Source of the DNA: Chiloscyllium plagiosum | Taxonomy: Eukaryota | Direction: 5' to 3' | DNA: 64,000 nucleotides | Assembly (NCBI RefSeq): GCF_004010195.1 | Contig: NC_057757.1 | Span: 1,359,524-1,423,523, forward strand | In this document: piece after piece, positions 63,919 to 64,000 of the stretch | How positions within the stretch are numbered: position 1 is the stretch's first letter | Layout: each line of letters starts with the position of its first letter | Notes under the pieces: model-generated | Database searches by the model: none | The model's input: the letters and a program-made list of their open reading frames with translations, nothing else | What the model was told of the DNA's origin: nothing | Position numbers and translations under genes: made by a program

Positions 63919-64000
63919 AAACAAAGACAACTGAGACAATGGTGTCTACATCAGTGGACACAACAGTGACAACTATCGGCTCAAATCCTACCCTGACATC
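63919..64000 (+). CDS. Cassette exon 11 (cut by window end): ETKTTETMVSTSVDTTVTTIGSNPTLT...
   Basis: CAG| acceptor, open, shares the 3+6 nt deletions of copy 8. Confidence 0.72.

Larger units (their letters stand above)
47155..64000 (+). repeat. Exon+intron macrosatellite, unit ~1.3-1.4 kb, >=11 units; each full unit carries an old antisense CR1 3' remnant
   Basis: Exon starts at 47896, 49225, 51747, 53146, 54531, 55912, 57225, 58660, 59493, 62523 and 63919; the intervening sequence is alignable throughout. Confidence 0.95.

Overview
Eukaryotic, TE-rich vertebrate genomic DNA. The HE1-type V-SINEs, Deu-domain SINEs, CR1 and Penelope families point to a cartilaginous fish (shark-like; inference). 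1-5600 is a 32-bp minisatellite that appears to have grown out of a Deu-SINE. 5.6-47 kb is mostly nested retroelements (CR1, L2, Rex-like, Penelope, Gypsy remnant, TA-flanked MITEs), with a probable non-coding first exon of a minus-strand gene at ~12.9-13.05 kb. The main signal is a + strand mucin-like gene that the ORF track does not assemble. A signal-peptide exon (39908-39986, MDKTPCKLQKALVLFCLLSPAISVTT, phase-1 donor CAG|GTGAGT) is followed by a ~1.3-1.4 kb exon+intron macrosatellite (47.15 kb to the window end). Each unit carries one symmetric phase 1-1, ~114-nt Ser/Thr-rich cassette exon (e.g. DTKTTTEELTMESTSVDTTVTTIGSNPTLTSTDPSTSG). There are 11 recognisable exon copies with no stops and only in-frame indels, plus an older decayed copy and rearranged remnants. 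Also seen: three local templated duplications, a palindromic Penelope-derived insertion with two hammerhead-ribozyme-like cores, and a 500-N assembly gap. The gene's 3' end lies outside the window, so it cannot be named. Many TE boundaries are approximate.
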